59,632 nt of DNA from Clostridium sp. CAG:793 (GCA_000433915.1 HF993639.1:1-59632); one strand, 5' to 3'; shown: positions 28,124 to 39,564, counted from the stretch's first letter. Numbers and translations: made by a program. Notes: generated by a model not told the origin, from the letters alone.

Positions 28124-28786
28124 TTATTTAATACGATTTTCAATCTTTTCAATAGCTGATTTTGTTGTATCTTCTTTTGTTGTTGGTGAATATATATCAA
28201 TATCTATTGTTTCAAGTTTATTTTCTTCTTTATAGAAGTTAATTAGTGGTTCTGTGTTCTTGTGATATACATCAAGTCTTTCTTTAATAGTTTCTGGATT
28301 ATCATCTTTGCGTTTTGTAAGAGCTGATCCACATCTATCACATATTCCTTCAACCTTTGGTGGCATGAATACAGTGTTGTATGATGCTCCACACTCTTTA
28401 TTTGAGCATATTACTCTGCTTGAAGTTCTCTTTATTATATCTTGATCTGGAACTTCTAAGTCTATAACAGCTGTAATCTCTTTTCCTTTTTCTTTTAGAT
28501 ATTCTTCAAGAGCTTTTGCTTGATCAATTGTTCTTGGAAATCCATCTAATAACACATTTTCTAATTTATCTAATTTTGATTTTACCATTCCTACTGTTAC
28601 TTCATCTGGTACTAATTTTCCTTGGCTAATATATTCTTCTGCTTTTTTTCCAAGCTCTGTTTGATTTTTCATTTCTTCTCTAAAAATATCTCCAGTTGCT
28701 ACATGTACTAGATTAAATTCATCACATATTTCGGTTCCTATTGTTCCTTTGCCACTTCCTGGTGCACCTAACATTATTATATACAT
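28124..28786 (-). CDS. adk: Adenylate kinase (zinc-lid type)
   Basis: The start MYIIMLGAPGSGKGT gives canonical P-loop spacing. The lid carries CSNKEC...CDRCG. The ORF-track start at 28798 abuts the RBS. Confidence 0.94.
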   Translation of the reverse strand: MYIIMLGAPGSGKGTIGTEICDEFNLVHVATGDIFREEMKNQTELGKKAEEYISQGKLVPDEVTVGMVKSKLDKLENVLLDGFPRTIDQAKALEEYLKEKGKEITAVIDLEVPDQDIIKRTSSRVICSNKECGASYNTVFMPPKVEGICDRCGSALTKRKDDNPETIKERLDVYHKNTEPLINFYKEENKLETIDIDIYSPTTKEDTTKSAIEKIENRIK

Positions 28787-28900
28787 CTTAATTATCATTC
28801 CTTTCTGATTAATGTACTTTTTACCATAATACTATATAACTTTTTTTGTTTTTTTTCAAGATATTTTAGTAATTTTAAGCATTTTATGTTATTTTCCTAT

Positions 28901-28940
28901 AAAAATAAAAAGAACTAAACACATTTCTGCTTTTAGTTCT
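28901..28940 (-). terminator. Terminator after secY
   Basis: AGAACTAAA pairs with TTTAGTTCT (28911-28919 with 28932-28940). On the minus strand it is followed by UUUUAUUUUU. Confidence 0.6.
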
Positions 28941-28957
28941 CTTTAACCAGTAGCGGT

Positions 28958-30283
28958 TTATTTATCTAGAAATCCTTTGTAATGTCTCATTACAAGTTGA
29001 GATTTTAGTTGATCTCCTAATTCTATTGCAACACCAACTACTATTAGTATTGATGTTCCACCAAATGCTGTGTTTAATCCTGTTCCTCTTGCTAGCATTG
29101 GTAGTATTGCTATTGCTGCTAGGAAGATTCCTCCGAATAATACTATTTTAGAAAGTACAGAAGATAAGTAATCTGCTGTTGGCTTTCCAGCTCTTATTCC
29201 TGGGATGAAACCACCATTTTGCTTGATAGTGTTGGCTACTTCTGCTGGATTGAATGTTGCATATGTATAAAAATATGTAAATCCAATGATTAGTAGTAAG
29301 TAAATAATCGCATTGATTATTGTATATTGCCATCCAACATTTGATGATGATGTTGCTATTGATAAATTATATAATGCTCTTACAAATCCAGTTTTTGTTT
29401 CAATATCATTTACAAATAACTGAATTACCATTGCAGGGAATGTCATGAATGATGATGCAAAGATTATTGGCATAACACTTGCCATTGCTGGCTTAATTGG
29501 TATATGTGTATTCTGTGCTCCCACCATTCTTCTTCCTACAACTTTTTTAGAGTATTGAACCGGAATTCTTCTTTCAGCTTGTTGTACAAATACAACTCCA
29601 ACAACTAAAAGTAATATTCCTAATATCATTAAAATTACTGTTATTAATCCTTTTGTACTAAATGCTCCATCAACAATAATTAAATTACCTATTGATACTA
29701 TAGCAGATGGTACACTTGATACTATACCTGCAAATATTAACATTGAGATTCCGTTTCCAATTCCTTTTGATGTAATTTTATCTCCTAACCACATTAACAA
29801 AGATGTTCCTGCAATTAGTGATAAAACTACTACAAATCCTGCTAATACTCCATCTTGTACGAATATTCCAGATGATCTATATGAGAAGAAGATTCCTAGT
29901 CCTTCTACAAGAGCTAGCACTAATGATATTAATTTTGTATATCTATCGATTTTCTTTCTTCCTTCTTCTCCACCTTCTTTAGTTAGTCTTTCTAGTGCTG
30001 GTATTACCATTGCTAGTAATTGAATAACTATAGAGGCTGTAATGTATGGTGTTATTGACATTGCAAATATTGAAAGTCTTGAAAATGCTCCACCAGAAAT
30101 CATGTTAATCATTCCTGTAACACTGTTTGTGTATTGGCTCATTGTACTTTGTAATTTTACCATGTCTACCATAGGTATGGTGATATAACAACCTAGTCTA
30201 AATAATACTAAAAGTAAAAATGTGTACATTATCTTTTTTCTTATTTCAGGTGTTTTTAACGCATTTTTAATGGTTGTAAACAA
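28958..30283 (-). CDS. secY: Preprotein translocase subunit SecY
   Basis: A 10-TM protein at the conserved spc operon position, directly after rplO. Confidence 0.96.
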   Translation of the reverse strand: MFTTIKNALKTPEIRKKIMYTFLLLVLFRLGCYITIPMVDMVKLQSTMSQYTNSVTGMINMISGGAFSRLSIFAMSITPYITASIVIQLLAMVIPALERLTKEGGEEGRKKIDRYTKLISLVLALVEGLGIFFSYRSSGIFVQDGVLAGFVVVLSLIAGTSLLMWLGDKITSKGIGNGISMLIFAGIVSSVPSAIVSIGNLIIVDGAFSTKGLITVILMILGILLLVVGVVFVQQAERRIPVQYSKKVVGRRMVGAQNTHIPIKPAMASVMPIIFASSFMTFPAMVIQLFVNDIETKTGFVRALYNLSIATSSSNVGWQYTIINAIIYLLLIIGFTYFYTYATFNPAEVANTIKQNGGFIPGIRAGKPTADYLSSVLSKIVLFGGIFLAAIAILPMLARGTGLNTAFGGTSILIVVGVAIELGDQLKSQLVMRHYKGFLDK

Positions 30284-30718
30284 TTATATCACCTCTGTCT
30301 TTCCACCTAAAGACTCGATTTGTTCTTTAGCAGCTTTTGTGAATCTTACAGCTTTTACAGTTAATTTTTTCTCTAATTTTCCTGTAGCTATAATTACGAT
30401 TCCGTCGTTAGCTTTAGATATTATACCATCTTTAATTAGGCTTTCACTATCAACAACATCTGTTGTAGCTTTGTTTAACATTGTTAATGTTACTTCTGTG
30501 TAGTTTTTAGCAAATTTATTATTGAAGCCTCTCTTTGGTAATCTTCTATATAATGGTGTTTGACCACCTTCAAATCCACGTCTAACTCCGCCGCCTGATC
30601 TTGCTTTTTGTCCTTTATGACCTCTTCCAGAAGTCTTTCCAAGTCCAGAACCAACTCCACGACCAACTCTTAACTTTGCTGCCTTTTTTTGTGCTGGTTT
30701 TAATTCATCTAGTTTCAT
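30284..30718 (-). CDS. rplO: 50S ribosomal protein L15
   Basis: Motifs: [25 protein letters not shown]. Confidence 0.97.
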   Translation of the reverse strand: MKLDELKPAQKKAAKLRVGRGVGSGLGKTSGRGHKGQKARSGGGVRRGFEGGQTPLYRRLPKRGFNNKFAKNYTEVTLTMLNKATTDVVDSESLIKDGIISKANDGIVIIATGKLEKKLTVKAVRFTKAAKEQIESLGGKTEVI

Positions 30719-30765
30719 TATGGATTACACCTCCTTGTTCATTACTTATTATATCTGAAAAGAAA

Positions 30766-31263
30766 TTATCTAATATCTTCTACTTTCTTTCCTCTTTTTT
30801 TAGCAACTTCCTCGATTGTTTCCATGCTCTTTAATCCTTCGATTGTAGCATATACAACGTTTCTTGGGTTATTTGTTCCTAATATTTTTGTTCTTACATC
30901 TTTGTATCCTGCAAGCTCTAATACAGCTCTTACGCTACCACCAGTGATAAGTCCAGTACCTTCTGATGCTGGTTTTATCATAACACTTGCACTACCAAAT
31001 TTACCGATGTATTCATGTGGTACAGTTGTTCCTACGATTGGAACTTCTACTAAGTTCTTTTTAGCATCTTCTATAGCCTTCTTGATAGCATCTGGAACTT
31101 CTGCTGCTTTACCATTTCCAACACCTACATGTCCTTTACCATCTCCTACAACTACAACTGCGCTAAATCTGAATGTTCTACCACCTTTAACAACTTTTGC
31201 AACTCTGTTAAGAGCTACTACTTTCTCATTTAATTCAGATTCGTTCTCTTGTCTTTCTTGCAC
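30766..31263 (-). CDS. rpsE: 30S ribosomal protein S5
   Basis: Motifs: [18 protein letters not shown] and [13 protein letters not shown]. Confidence 0.97.
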   Translation of the reverse strand: MQERQENESELNEKVVALNRVAKVVKGGRTFRFSAVVVVGDGKGHVGVGNGKAAEVPDAIKKAIEDAKKNLVEVPIVGTTVPHEYIGKFGSASVMIKPASEGTGLITGGSVRAVLELAGYKDVRTKILGTNNPRNVVYATIEGLKSMETIEEVAKKRGKKVEDIR

Positions 31264-31281
31264 TTGTTTTTCCTCCTTTTC

Positions 31282-31641
31282 CTAAAAATTTAATCCGCCT
31301 TCTCTTGCTGCGTCTGCTAAATCTTTTACAACTCCATGGTATACATATCCACTTCTATCGAAAACAACATCAACTATTTTGTTTTCTTTAGCTCTTTTTG
31401 CTATTAAAGCTCCAACTTCTTTAGCTGCTTCTGAATTAGCTTTCTTTGTTTTTACTTCTTTGTCTAATGTTGAAGCACTTACTAATGTTGTTCCTTTAAC
31501 ATCATCAATGATTTGAGCATAGATTCCTTTATTACTTCTGAACATGCATAGTCTTGGGCATTCAGCTGTTCCACTAATCTTAGTGCGAACTCTTTTATGT
31601 CTTCTAGCTCTTTCAAGTTTTCTATTTGTTTTTGAAACCAT
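31282..31641 (-). CDS. rplR: 50S ribosomal protein L18
   Basis: Motifs: [13 protein letters not shown] and [10 protein letters not shown]. Confidence 0.97.
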   Translation of the reverse strand: MVSKTNRKLERARRHKRVRTKISGTAECPRLCMFRSNKGIYAQIIDDVKGTTLVSASTLDKEVKTKKANSEAAKEVGALIAKRAKENKIVDVVFDRSGYVYHGVVKDLADAAREGGLNF

Positions 31642-31696
31642 TTTTTTCTCCTTTCCTAATTTCAGGATCTAGATAAGAATAAATTTATTTTAAATT

Positions 31697-32230
31697 TTAT
31701 TTCTTACCTGTTTTTCCTTCCTTACGTCTAATATGCTCTTCTGCATATTTAATTCCTTTTCCTTTATAAACCTCAGGTGGTCTCTTTGATCTAACAACTG
31801 CTGCTGTTTGACCAACTACTTCTTTATTAATTCCTCTTACTATAATTGTGTTAGCATCTGGTACATCAAATGTAATTCCTTCTGGTGCTTCCATAATTAC
31901 TTGGTGAGAGTATCCTAAATTCATAACTAAATTTGTTCCTTGTTTTTGTGCTCTGTATCCAACACCGTTTATTTGAAGTGTTCTTGTAAATTCTTTTTCA
32001 ACACCTTCAACCATATTATGAATTAAAGTTCTTGTTAATCCATGGATGTTTCCATATTGTTCATCTGCAACTTCAACATTAATTGTCTTGTCTTCGATTT
32101 TTACAGTTACATGTGGATTTAGTTCTCTTGTTATAGTTCCCTTAGGTCCTTTTACAGTTATAACATTTCCATTTAAAGTTACTTCAACTCCGTCAGGTAT
32201 TGTGATAGGCATTTTTCCTATTCTTGACAT
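31697..32230 (-). CDS. rplF: 50S ribosomal protein L6
   Basis: Motifs: MSRIGKMPI and GVGYRA. Confidence 0.97.
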   Translation of the reverse strand: MSRIGKMPITIPDGVEVTLNGNVITVKGPKGTITRELNPHVTVKIEDKTINVEVADEQYGNIHGLTRTLIHNMVEGVEKEFTRTLQINGVGYRAQKQGTNLVMNLGYSHQVIMEAPEGITFDVPDANTIIVRGINKEVVGQTAAVVRSKRPPEVYKGKGIKYAEEHIRRKEGKTGKK

Positions 32231-32282
32231 TTTGGTTTTTCCTCCTTCTTTGAATTTTTTTGAAAGTTATCTATTTATATTA

Positions 32283-32681
32283 TTACCAAACATATGCTAG
32301 AACTTCTCCGCCAAGGCCTGCTATACGTGCCTCTTTGTCTGTTTTAATTCCTTTAGATGTTGAAATTAAAGCTATTCCAAGTCCATTAAGTACTTGTGGA
32401 AGTTCATCTTTTGATACATATATTCTTAATCCTGGCTTACTGATTCTCTTTAAACCAGATATAACTCTCTTACCATTTTCGTCATATTTTAATGTAACTC
32501 TAATGATTCCTTGTTTTTCATCTTTGATTTCTTCAAAAGATTTGATATATCCTTCATCAAATAATATTTGAGCTATTGCTCTTTTCATATTTGATGCTGG
32601 AATGTCAACTGTTGTGTGCTTTGCACTGTTGGCATTTCTAATTCTTGTTAGCATATCTGCTATTGGATCTGTTGTATTCAA
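32283..32681 (-). CDS. rpsH: 30S ribosomal protein S8
   Basis: Motifs: [13 protein letters not shown] and GGEVLAYVW. Confidence 0.97.
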   Translation of the reverse strand: MNTTDPIADMLTRIRNANSAKHTTVDIPASNMKRAIAQILFDEGYIKSFEEIKDEKQGIIRVTLKYDENGKRVISGLKRISKPGLRIYVSKDELPQVLNGLGIALISTSKGIKTDKEARIAGLGGEVLAYVW

Positions 32682-32761
32682 CTTTGTTACCTCCTTCTTT
32701 TTGTTTTTTATATTTAAAGATTGCTAGTAAATATGTTTCTCTTATATTTACCAGTTTGTGA

Positions 32762-32947
32762 TTACCAGCTTGCTTTTTTTACTCCTGGAAGTTCACCTTT
32801 GTGTGCTAATTCTCTGAAGCATACACGGCAAATTCCAAATTTTCTAATATAAGCATGTGGTCTTCCACAAATTTTGCATCTATTATATTCTCTTGTCTGA
32901 TATTTTTGTGGTTTTTGTTGTTTTACTTTTAATGATTTCTTAGCCAT
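32762..32947 (-). CDS. rpsN: 30S ribosomal protein S14, zinc-binding type Z (61 aa)
   Basis: Two Cys pairs: [20 protein letters not shown]. Confidence 0.96.
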   Translation of the reverse strand: MAKKSLKVKQQKPQKYQTREYNRCKICGRPHAYIRKFGICRVCFRELAHKGELPGVKKASW

Positions 32948-32973
32948 TTGCTCTTATTTTCCTCCTTTTTTTA

Positions 32974-33513
32974 TTATTTTTTGAAAGGCATTCCAAGAAG
33001 AGTTAATAGCTCTTTTGCCTCTTCATCAGATTTAGCTGTAGTAACAAAGATTATATCCATTCCTCTTACTTTGTCTACTTTATCATATTCGATTTCTGGG
33101 AAGATTAATTGTTCCTTAATACCCATTGAGTAGTTTCCTCTTCCATCAAATGAATCTCCTGATACTCCTCTAAAATCTCTAACTCTTGGTAAAGCTACAT
33201 TGAATAGTTTGTATGCAAAATCATACATTTTTCCTTTTCTTAATGTTACTTTTGCTCCAATATCAACTCCTGCTCTAATTTTGAAGGCTGCTATAGCTTT
33301 CTTAGCTTTTGTAACTACTGGCTTTTGTCCTGTAATTATTGTTAAGTCTTTTACAGCTCCTTCTAATGACTTAGGGTTTTCTTTTAAATCACCTAAACCA
33401 ATATTTATAACTATTTTGTCTAGTCTTGGTACTTCCATAACTGATTTGTAGTTAAATTTTTTCATCATTGCTGGAACTATCTCTTTTTCATATTGTTCTC
33501 TTAATATTTCCAT
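32974..33513 (-). CDS. rplE: 50S ribosomal protein L5
   Basis: The call rests on the conserved L5 sequence and the spc operon order. Confidence 0.97.
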   Translation of the reverse strand: MEILREQYEKEIVPAMMKKFNYKSVMEVPRLDKIVINIGLGDLKENPKSLEGAVKDLTIITGQKPVVTKAKKAIAAFKIRAGVDIGAKVTLRKGKMYDFAYKLFNVALPRVRDFRGVSGDSFDGRGNYSMGIKEQLIFPEIEYDKVDKVRGMDIIFVTTAKSDEEAKELLTLLGMPFKK

Positions 33514-33541
33514 AAGTCTAAATAGACCTCCTTTCCTTCAA

Positions 33542-33853
33542 TTATTTTTTTAATTCAGCTTTACAATTCTTGCAAATACGTACTTTAGAATCTCCTTCTA
33601 CCTTGTAACCAATTCTTGCTGGTTTTCCGCATTTAGGGCATACTATTGCAACATTGCTTGCATCTATTGCATGTTCACTTGAAATGATTCCGCCTTCTTC
33701 TCCGGCTTTTCTAGGTTTTGTTGCTCTCTTCTTGATATTTACATCTTTAACAATAACCTTGTTCTTTTTAGGCATTACTTCAAGAATTTCTCCTGATTTT
33801 CCTTTATCATTTCCAGATAATACTTTTACAGTATCTCCTTTTTTTAATTTCAT
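33542..33853 (-). CDS. rplX: 50S ribosomal protein L24
   Basis: It starts MKLKKGDTVKVLSGNDKGK. The ATG at 33853 lies 5 nt after AAGAGGTGA; the ORF-track GTG at 33862 is inside the RBS. Confidence 0.95.
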   Translation of the reverse strand: MKLKKGDTVKVLSGNDKGKSGEILEVMPKKNKVIVKDVNIKKRATKPRKAGEEGGIISSEHAIDASNVAIVCPKCGKPARIGYKVEGDSKVRICKNCKAELKK

Positions 33854-33871
33854 GTATTTCACCTCTTTCTA

Positions 33872-34240
33872 TTATAAAACTTCTGGTGCTAAAGATAAGA
33901 TCTTCATGTAATCATTATCTCTTAATTCTCTTGCAACTGGCCCAAATATACGAGTTCCAGTTGGTGTTTTGTCATCTTTTATGATAACTGCTGCATTTTC
34001 GTCAAATCTTACAACTGTTCCATCAGCTCTTGTAATAGGATATTTTGTTCTAACAACTACTGCTTTAACAACTTGACCTTTCTTTACAACGCCACCTGGT
34101 GTTGCTGTTTTAACAGAAGCAACTATTACATCTCCTACATGAGCATATTTTCTATAAGAACCACCTAGGCATCTAATAACCATAAGTTCTTTTGCTCCAG
34201 TATTATCAGCTACTTTTAGTATAGTTTGTTGCTGTACCAT
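33872..34240 (-). CDS. rplN: 50S ribosomal protein L14
   Basis: The sequence starts [17 protein letters not shown]. Confidence 0.97.
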   Translation of the reverse strand: MVQQQTILKVADNTGAKELMVIRCLGGSYRKYAHVGDVIVASVKTATPGGVVKKGQVVKAVVVRTKYPITRADGTVVRFDENAAVIIKDDKTPTGTRIFGPVARELRDNDYMKILSLAPEVL

Positions 34241-34266
34241 AGTAAACTTCCTCCTTTTTCATATAA

Positions 34267-34530
34267 TTATTTTATTATTGCCTTTTCTGTTATTTCTACT
34301 ACTCTCCATCTCTTGTCTTTTGATAGAGGTCTTGTTTCCATAACTTTAACTGTATCTCCAACTTGGCATTTGTTTTCTTCATCATGAGCTTTTAACTTGT
34401 AAGTTGTTTTCTTAATTTTTCCATAAGTTTTATCCATCTTACTTGTTTCTACTGCTACAACTACTGTTTTATCCATTTTGTCAGATACAACTTTTCCAAT
34501 CATAGTTTTACGAAGATTTCTTTCTACCAT
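34267..34530 (-). CDS. rpsQ: 30S ribosomal protein S17
   Basis: The call rests on the conserved S17 OB-fold sequence and operon order. Confidence 0.96.
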   Translation of the reverse strand: MVERNLRKTMIGKVVSDKMDKTVVVAVETSKMDKTYGKIKKTTYKLKAHDEENKCQVGDTVKVMETRPLSKDKRWRVVEITEKAIIK

Positions 34531-34559
34531 TATGGTATCTCCTTTCTCTAATAATTCAA

Positions 34560-34760
34560 TTATTTATTGTCAGCTAACTTTCTTTGAGTTAAAACTGTAT
34601 TTATTCTTGCAATGTCTTTCTTTACTTCTTTGATCTTCATAGGATTGTCTAATCCGTTTGTAGCTAAGCTAAATCTTAACTTAAATAATTCAGATTTTAA
34701 TTCTCCTAATTCTTTCTCTAATTCTGGTGAAGACATTTCATTTATCTTATTTATCTTCAT
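34560..34760 (-). CDS. rpmC: 50S ribosomal protein L29
   Basis: 66 aa, including [11 protein letters not shown], at the expected operon position. Confidence 0.95.
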   Translation of the reverse strand: MKINKINEMSSPELEKELGELKSELFKLRFSLATNGLDNPMKIKEVKKDIARINTVLTQRKLADNK

Positions 34761-35190
34761 CTACATCACCACCTATTTCAGTTTCTTTTTTTACGAACTT
34801 TGTTTTAACAGATAGTTTGTTTCCTGCAAGTCTTAAAGCTTCTCTTGCAACTTCCTCTGTAACTCCACCCATTTCGAACATTATTCTACCTGGTTTTACA
34901 GGAGCAACCCAGAATTCAACATTTCCTTTTCCTTTACCCATACGAGTACCGATAGGTTTTGATGTTACTGGCTTATCTGGGAATATTTTAATCCAAACTT
35001 TTCCGCCTCTTTTTATATAACGAGTCATAGCAACACGGGCTGCTTCAATTTGATTAGATGTAATTAATCCAATCTCTTGAGCTTGTAATCCAAATTCTCC
35101 ATCTGTTACTTTATTTCCTCTTGTAGCTTTTCCTCTTACTCTACCTTTTTGTTGTTTTCTAAACTTAGTCTTTTTTGGCATCAATGGCAT
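34747..35190 (-). CDS. rplP: 50S ribosomal protein L16
   Basis: Motifs: [13 protein letters not shown] and [10 protein letters not shown]. Confidence 0.97.
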   Translation of the reverse strand: MPLMPKKTKFRKQQKGRVRGKATRGNKVTDGEFGLQAQEIGLITSNQIEAARVAMTRYIKRGGKVWIKIFPDKPVTSKPIGTRMGKGKGNVEFWVAPVKPGRIMFEMGGVTEEVAREALRLAGNKLSVKTKFVKKETEIGGDVDEDK

Positions 35191-35842
35191 GTTTATCTCC
35201 TCCTTCCTTTTTTGCTGGAAGAACTTCTCCTTTATAAATCCAAACTTTTACACCAACTTTTCCGTATGTTGTATTTGCTTCAGCAAATCCATAGTCTATA
35301 TCAGCTCTTAAAGTTTGAAGAGGTACTGTACCTTCTTTATAAAATTCTGTTCTAGCCATGTCTGCTCCACCTAATCTTCCAGAAACTGCAGTCTTAATAC
35401 CTAAAGCTCCTGATTTCATAGCTTTTTGCATACATTGTTTCATTGCACGTCTGAAAGAAATTCTTCTTTCTAGTTGTCCTGCTATATTTTCAGCAACTAA
35501 TTGTGCATTTGTATCAACATCTTTAACTTCTACGATGTTTAGGTTAACTTGTTTGTTAATCATTTTCTCTAATTCATTTTTTAAACTTTCAGCTAAGTTT
35601 CCACCTTTACCTATTACTAATCCTGGCTTTGCTGTGTAAACATTAACTTTAACGAATTTAGGTGTTCTTTCAATCTCTATTTTTGAAATACCACTAACAT
35701 ATAACTTTTTCTTAACATATTCACGGATTTTATGGTCTTCTACAACATAATCACCAAAATGTTTCTTGTCTGCATACCATTTTGAATTCCAGTCGTTGAT
35801 AACACCAACTCTAAATCCACGTGGATCTACTTTTTGTCCCAT
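35165..35842 (-). CDS. rpsC: 30S ribosomal protein S3
   Basis: It starts [13 protein letters not shown] and has a KH domain. Confidence 0.97.
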   Translation of the reverse strand: MGQKVDPRGFRVGVINDWNSKWYADKKHFGDYVVEDHKIREYVKKKLYVSGISKIEIERTPKFVKVNVYTAKPGLVIGKGGNLAESLKNELEKMINKQVNLNIVEVKDVDTNAQLVAENIAGQLERRISFRRAMKQCMQKAMKSGALGIKTAVSGRLGGADMARTEFYKEGTVPLQTLRADIDYGFAEANTTYGKVGVKVWIYKGEVLPAKKEGGDKHAIDAKKD

Positions 35843-35872
35843 AATTGTTAAGGCCTCCTTCTTTTAATTTTA

Positions 35873-36418
35873 TTAAGCACGTTCTTTTAATACTATTGTA
35901 GTATTGCTTGTTCTTTTTCTAATTCTTACAGCTGAACCTTTAGCAGCTGGTCTAATTCTCTTTAATGTTGGTCCTTGGTTTGAATAAATCTCAGCTATAT
36001 ATAATTTGCTATGATCCATTCCTTTTGTATTTTCAGCATTAGCTATTGCGGATTTTAGAAGTTTTGTTAATACTTCTGTTCCTGCTTTTGGTGTGAATTG
36101 TAATATAGCCATTGCTTCGTCAACATTTTTTCCTCTAATTAAATTTGCTACTATAGCTACTTTTCTGCTTGATATTCTTACATATTTTGCTGTAGCTTCT
36201 GCAACTAATTCTTCAGAAACATTCTCTTTTTCAACAGCTTTTACAGCCTTTTCATCTTTAACTTCAGCTTTTGCTGGAGCTTTTTCAGCTTTTACAGTTT
36301 TTGTTGATGTTTTTGTTTCTTTAGCTACTTTTTTTGCAGTTGTTTTAGACTCTGTTTTTGTAGTCTTTTTAGCAGCTGTTTTTGTTTCAGTAACTTTCTT
36401 TTCTTTTTCGTCTGCCAC
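35873..36418 (-). CDS. rplV: 50S ribosomal protein L22 with an N-terminal extension of about 70 aa rich in K/T/A/E
   Basis: The core is AKYVRISSRKVAIVANLIRGKNVDEAMAILQFTPK. The GTG start at 36418 lies 7 nt after AAGGAGGG. No in-frame internal start exists before the core. Confidence 0.93.
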   Translation of the reverse strand: MADEKEKKVTETKTAAKKTTKTESKTTAKKVAKETKTSTKTVKAEKAPAKAEVKDEKAVKAVEKENVSEELVAEATAKYVRISSRKVAIVANLIRGKNVDEAMAILQFTPKAGTEVLTKLLKSAIANAENTKGMDHSKLYIAEIYSNQGPTLKRIRPAAKGSAVRIRKRTSNTTIVLKERA

Positions 36419-36476
36419 TGTGATTCCCTCCTTTATTAAATTTCATCTCTTTATTTACAGTTGTTTATTTTATAAA

Positions 36477-36761
36477 CTATTTTGCAGATGTTGTATTAGC
36501 TTTAGCTCCTGCGTGTCCTTTGAATGTTCTTGTAGGAGCAAATTCGCCTAATTTATGTCCAATCATTTCCTCTGTGATATAAACTGGAACATGTTTTCTT
36601 CCATCATGAACAGCTATTGTATGTCCAACCATTTGTGGGTATATTGTAGAAGCTCTTGACCATGTCTTTAATACTTCTTTTTTTCCAGATTCATTCATTG
36701 CTTCAACTCTTTTTAGTAATTCTGGAGCAACGAAAGGCATTTTCTTGCTTGATCTTGACAT
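36477..36761 (-). CDS. rpsS: 30S ribosomal protein S19
   Basis: Motifs: [28 protein letters not shown]. Confidence 0.97.
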   Translation of the reverse strand: MSRSSKKMPFVAPELLKRVEAMNESGKKEVLKTWSRASTIYPQMVGHTIAVHDGRKHVPVYITEEMIGHKLGEFAPTRTFKGHAGAKANTTSAK

Positions 36762-36855
36762 AATGTTCTCCTTTCATAATACTGTTAAAATTCATATTCT
36801 AACATATTTAATTTAAATTTATCTATCATCACAATATTCTCAGCAAAGAGGAGAA

Positions 36856-37683
36856 TTATTTTCTTCTCTTTGTGATTAATCTGTTTGAGTTCTTGTGCTT
36901 TGCTCTTGTCTTGTATCCAAGTGCTGGTTTTCCCCAAGGTGTCATTGGTCCTGCGTGTCCTACTGGAGCCTTTCCTTCACCACCACCATGAGGGTGATCT
37001 ACTGGGTTCATTGCAGATCCTCTAACTTCTGGTCTCTTTCCTAAGTTTCTTGTCTTTCCTGCTTTACCTAATTTGATGTTTTCATGATCTTCATTTCCTA
37101 TAACACCAATTGTTGCTTTGCAGTTAGCTAAAACTAGTCTCATTTCTCCTGAAGGTAATCTTAAATGAGCATATCTTCCTTCTTTAGCCATAAGTTGTGC
37201 TGATTGTCCAGCAACTCTAACTAGTTTTGCACCTTGGTTAGGATTAATTTCAATGTTGTGTACTAATGTACCAACTGGAATGTTTTCTAACTTCATGCAG
37301 TTTCCTGGCTTTATATCAGCCTTTTCTGAAGACATTACTTTATCTCCATCTTTTAATCCTTTTGGAGCTAAGATGTAACTTAATGTTCCATCTTCATATT
37401 TGATTAAAGCTATGTTAGCTGATCTGTTTGGATCATATTCGATTCCAACAACTGTAGCTTCCATATCAACTTTGTTTCTCTTAAAATCAATTATTCTGTA
37501 TTTTTGTCTGTTTCCTCCACCTTGATGTCTTACAGTGATTTTTCCTTGAGCATTTCTTCCTGATTTTTGTTTCTTTACAGCTAGTAAAGATTTTTCAGGA
37601 GTCTTTTTTGTTATCTCAGAGAAATCTGATACTGACATATTTCTTAGTGATGGAGTCATTGGTCTAAATTTCTTCATTCCCAT
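36856..37683 (-). CDS. rplB: 50S ribosomal protein L2
   Basis: Motifs: [13 protein letters not shown] and [13 protein letters not shown]. Confidence 0.97.
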   Translation of the reverse strand: MGMKKFRPMTPSLRNMSVSDFSEITKKTPEKSLLAVKKQKSGRNAQGKITVRHQGGGNRQKYRIIDFKRNKVDMEATVVGIEYDPNRSANIALIKYEDGTLSYILAPKGLKDGDKVMSSEKADIKPGNCMKLENIPVGTLVHNIEINPNQGAKLVRVAGQSAQLMAKEGRYAHLRLPSGEMRLVLANCKATIGVIGNEDHENIKLGKAGKTRNLGKRPEVRGSAMNPVDHPHGGGEGKAPVGHAGPMTPWGKPALGYKTRAKHKNSNRLITKRRK

Positions 37684-37782
37684 TTTCTTAAATCTCCTTA
37701 ATATAATTAGTAGATATTTTCCTGCTCTACTTGCAGATATTTTTTATTATCCGAGTTCGTTCTCGATATTATTAGCTTATTA

Positions 37783-38130
37783 CTAAGCTCCCATAAATTC
37801 ATCAATTGAGTCTTTATATTTCTTAGAAATCTTTGTAGTTTTTCCGCCTTTTGCTAAATAGCTTTGGTCTGATGGATTTGTTTCTATTGTAACAATAGCT
37901 TTTTTCCAGTCAGATGTTTTTCCAACACTTCTTCCTACTCTCTTTTCTTTTCCTTTAACAGTCATTGTGTTTACACTTAAAACTTTTACTTCAAAAAGTT
38001 TTTCAACTGCTCTTTTTATATCTACCTTTGTAGCTTTTTTGTTTACTTTAAAGGTATACTTACCCATTTGAATTTCATCATTACTTTTTTCAGTAACTAC
38101 GGGTGCAATTATTACTTCTTCAGCTATCAT
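37783..38130 (-). CDS. rplW: 50S ribosomal protein L23 (C-terminal extension of about 20 aa)
   Basis: Motifs: PVVTEKS, KYTFKV and KKAIVT. The tail SDQSYLAKGGKTTKISKKYKDSIDEFMGA lies beyond the usual end. Confidence 0.93.
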   Translation of the reverse strand: MIAEEVIIAPVVTEKSNDEIQMGKYTFKVNKKATKVDIKRAVEKLFEVKVLSVNTMTVKGKEKRVGRSVGKTSDWKKAIVTIETNPSDQSYLAKGGKTTKISKKYKDSIDEFMGA

Positions 38131-38753
38131 TATGCGTACACCTCCTCTAATTTCTTAACAGTATCCTCTGTTACAACTAATTTGTTGTATTTTAATAAAT
38201 CATAAACATTGATTGTATCAACTGTTAAAGTTTTAACTCCTTCAATGTTTCTTGCTGATTTTTGAACATTAACATCATTAGCTGGTAATAATACTACTGC
38301 TTTTCCTTCTACTTTAAGGTTTGCTAAAGTTTTTACCATTTCAGCTGTTTTTATTTCTTTTAAAGATAATTTATCAACAACTACTAATTCTTGTTCTTGA
38401 ACTTTTGCACTTAGAACTGATCTAACAGCTAAAGCTCTTTCTTTCTTGTTTACTTTGTAAACATATGAACGTGGTCTTGGACCTAATGCTATACCACCTT
38501 TAATCCATTGTGGAGCTCTTATTGAACCTTGTCTAGCACGACCTGTTCCTTTTTGTCTCCATGGTTTTCTTCCACCACCAGATACTTCTGCTCTAGTTTT
38601 TGTGTTTTGTGTTCCTTGTCTTTGATTTGCAAGGTAATTTACTACTACACTGTGAACTACATTTTCATTTGGTTCAATTCCAAATACTGATTCATTTAGT
38701 TCAAGTTCTTTAACTTTCTTTCCGTTTACGTCATATACGTCTATCTTAGGCAT
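38130..38753 (-). CDS. rplD: 50S ribosomal protein L4
   Basis: Motif: GGGRKPWRQKGTGRARQGS. Confidence 0.97.
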   Translation of the reverse strand: MPKIDVYDVNGKKVKELELNESVFGIEPNENVVHSVVVNYLANQRQGTQNTKTRAEVSGGGRKPWRQKGTGRARQGSIRAPQWIKGGIALGPRPRSYVYKVNKKERALAVRSVLSAKVQEQELVVVDKLSLKEIKTAEMVKTLANLKVEGKAVVLLPANDVNVQKSARNIEGVKTLTVDTINVYDLLKYNKLVVTEDTVKKLEEVYA

Positions 38754-38770
38754 CGTCTATTCCTCCTTCC

Positions 38771-39400
38771 TTATGCTTTTATGCTTGATTTAACTTTTAA
38801 TATTGATCCCTTAGCTCCTGGTACACTACCTTTTACTAAGATAACATTTTTATCTAAATCAACCTTAACAACTTCTAGATTTTGTATTGTAACTGTTTCA
38901 ACACCCATGTGTCCTGGAAGTCTCTTTCCTGGGAATACTCTACCTGGTGTTGATGTTGGTCCCATTGAACCTGGTCTTCTATGATACATAGATCCATGTC
39001 CCATTGGTCCTCTTGATTGTCCATGACGTTTGATAACACCTTGGAATCCTTTTCCTTTTGATGTTCCTTGGATGTCAACTTTATCTCCAGCTGCAAATAC
39101 GTCAGCTTTTAATTCGTCTCCGACATTTATTCCTTCTACTGAATCTAATCTAAATTCTCTTAAGTATCTTTTAGGAGCTAGTTTAGATTTTGTAAACTTT
39201 CCTAATTCAGGTTTTGTTAATTTGTTTTCTTTTACATCTTTAAATCCTAATTGGATTGCTTGGTATCCATCTTGTTCTACAGTTTTTATTTGTGTAACTG
39301 TACATGGTCCAACTTCGATTACTGTTACTGGAACAACTTTTCCTTCTTCATCGAAAATTTGTGTCATTCCAACTTTCTTTCCGATTAATGTTTTACTCAT
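38771..39400 (-). CDS. rplC: 50S ribosomal protein L3
   Basis: Motifs: [12 protein letters not shown] and [11 protein letters not shown]. Confidence 0.97.
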   Translation of the reverse strand: MSKTLIGKKVGMTQIFDEEGKVVPVTVIEVGPCTVTQIKTVEQDGYQAIQLGFKDVKENKLTKPELGKFTKSKLAPKRYLREFRLDSVEGINVGDELKADVFAAGDKVDIQGTSKGKGFQGVIKRHGQSRGPMGHGSMYHRRPGSMGPTSTPGRVFPGKRLPGHMGVETVTIQNLEVVKVDLDKNVILVKGSVPGAKGSILKVKSSIKA

Positions 39401-39564
39401 TTTTCCTCCTATTGGCTAATCTCTTTATATTTAATCCATTGATTATTGATTAGCTTGGCTTTTTAAAATCTATATATAATGTAGATTTTAATTGTTTTCT
39501 TATAAAATTAAATTATAAGATGGCATTACTTAATTTCTTAAGTTTTCTTATTATTTAAATAAGA

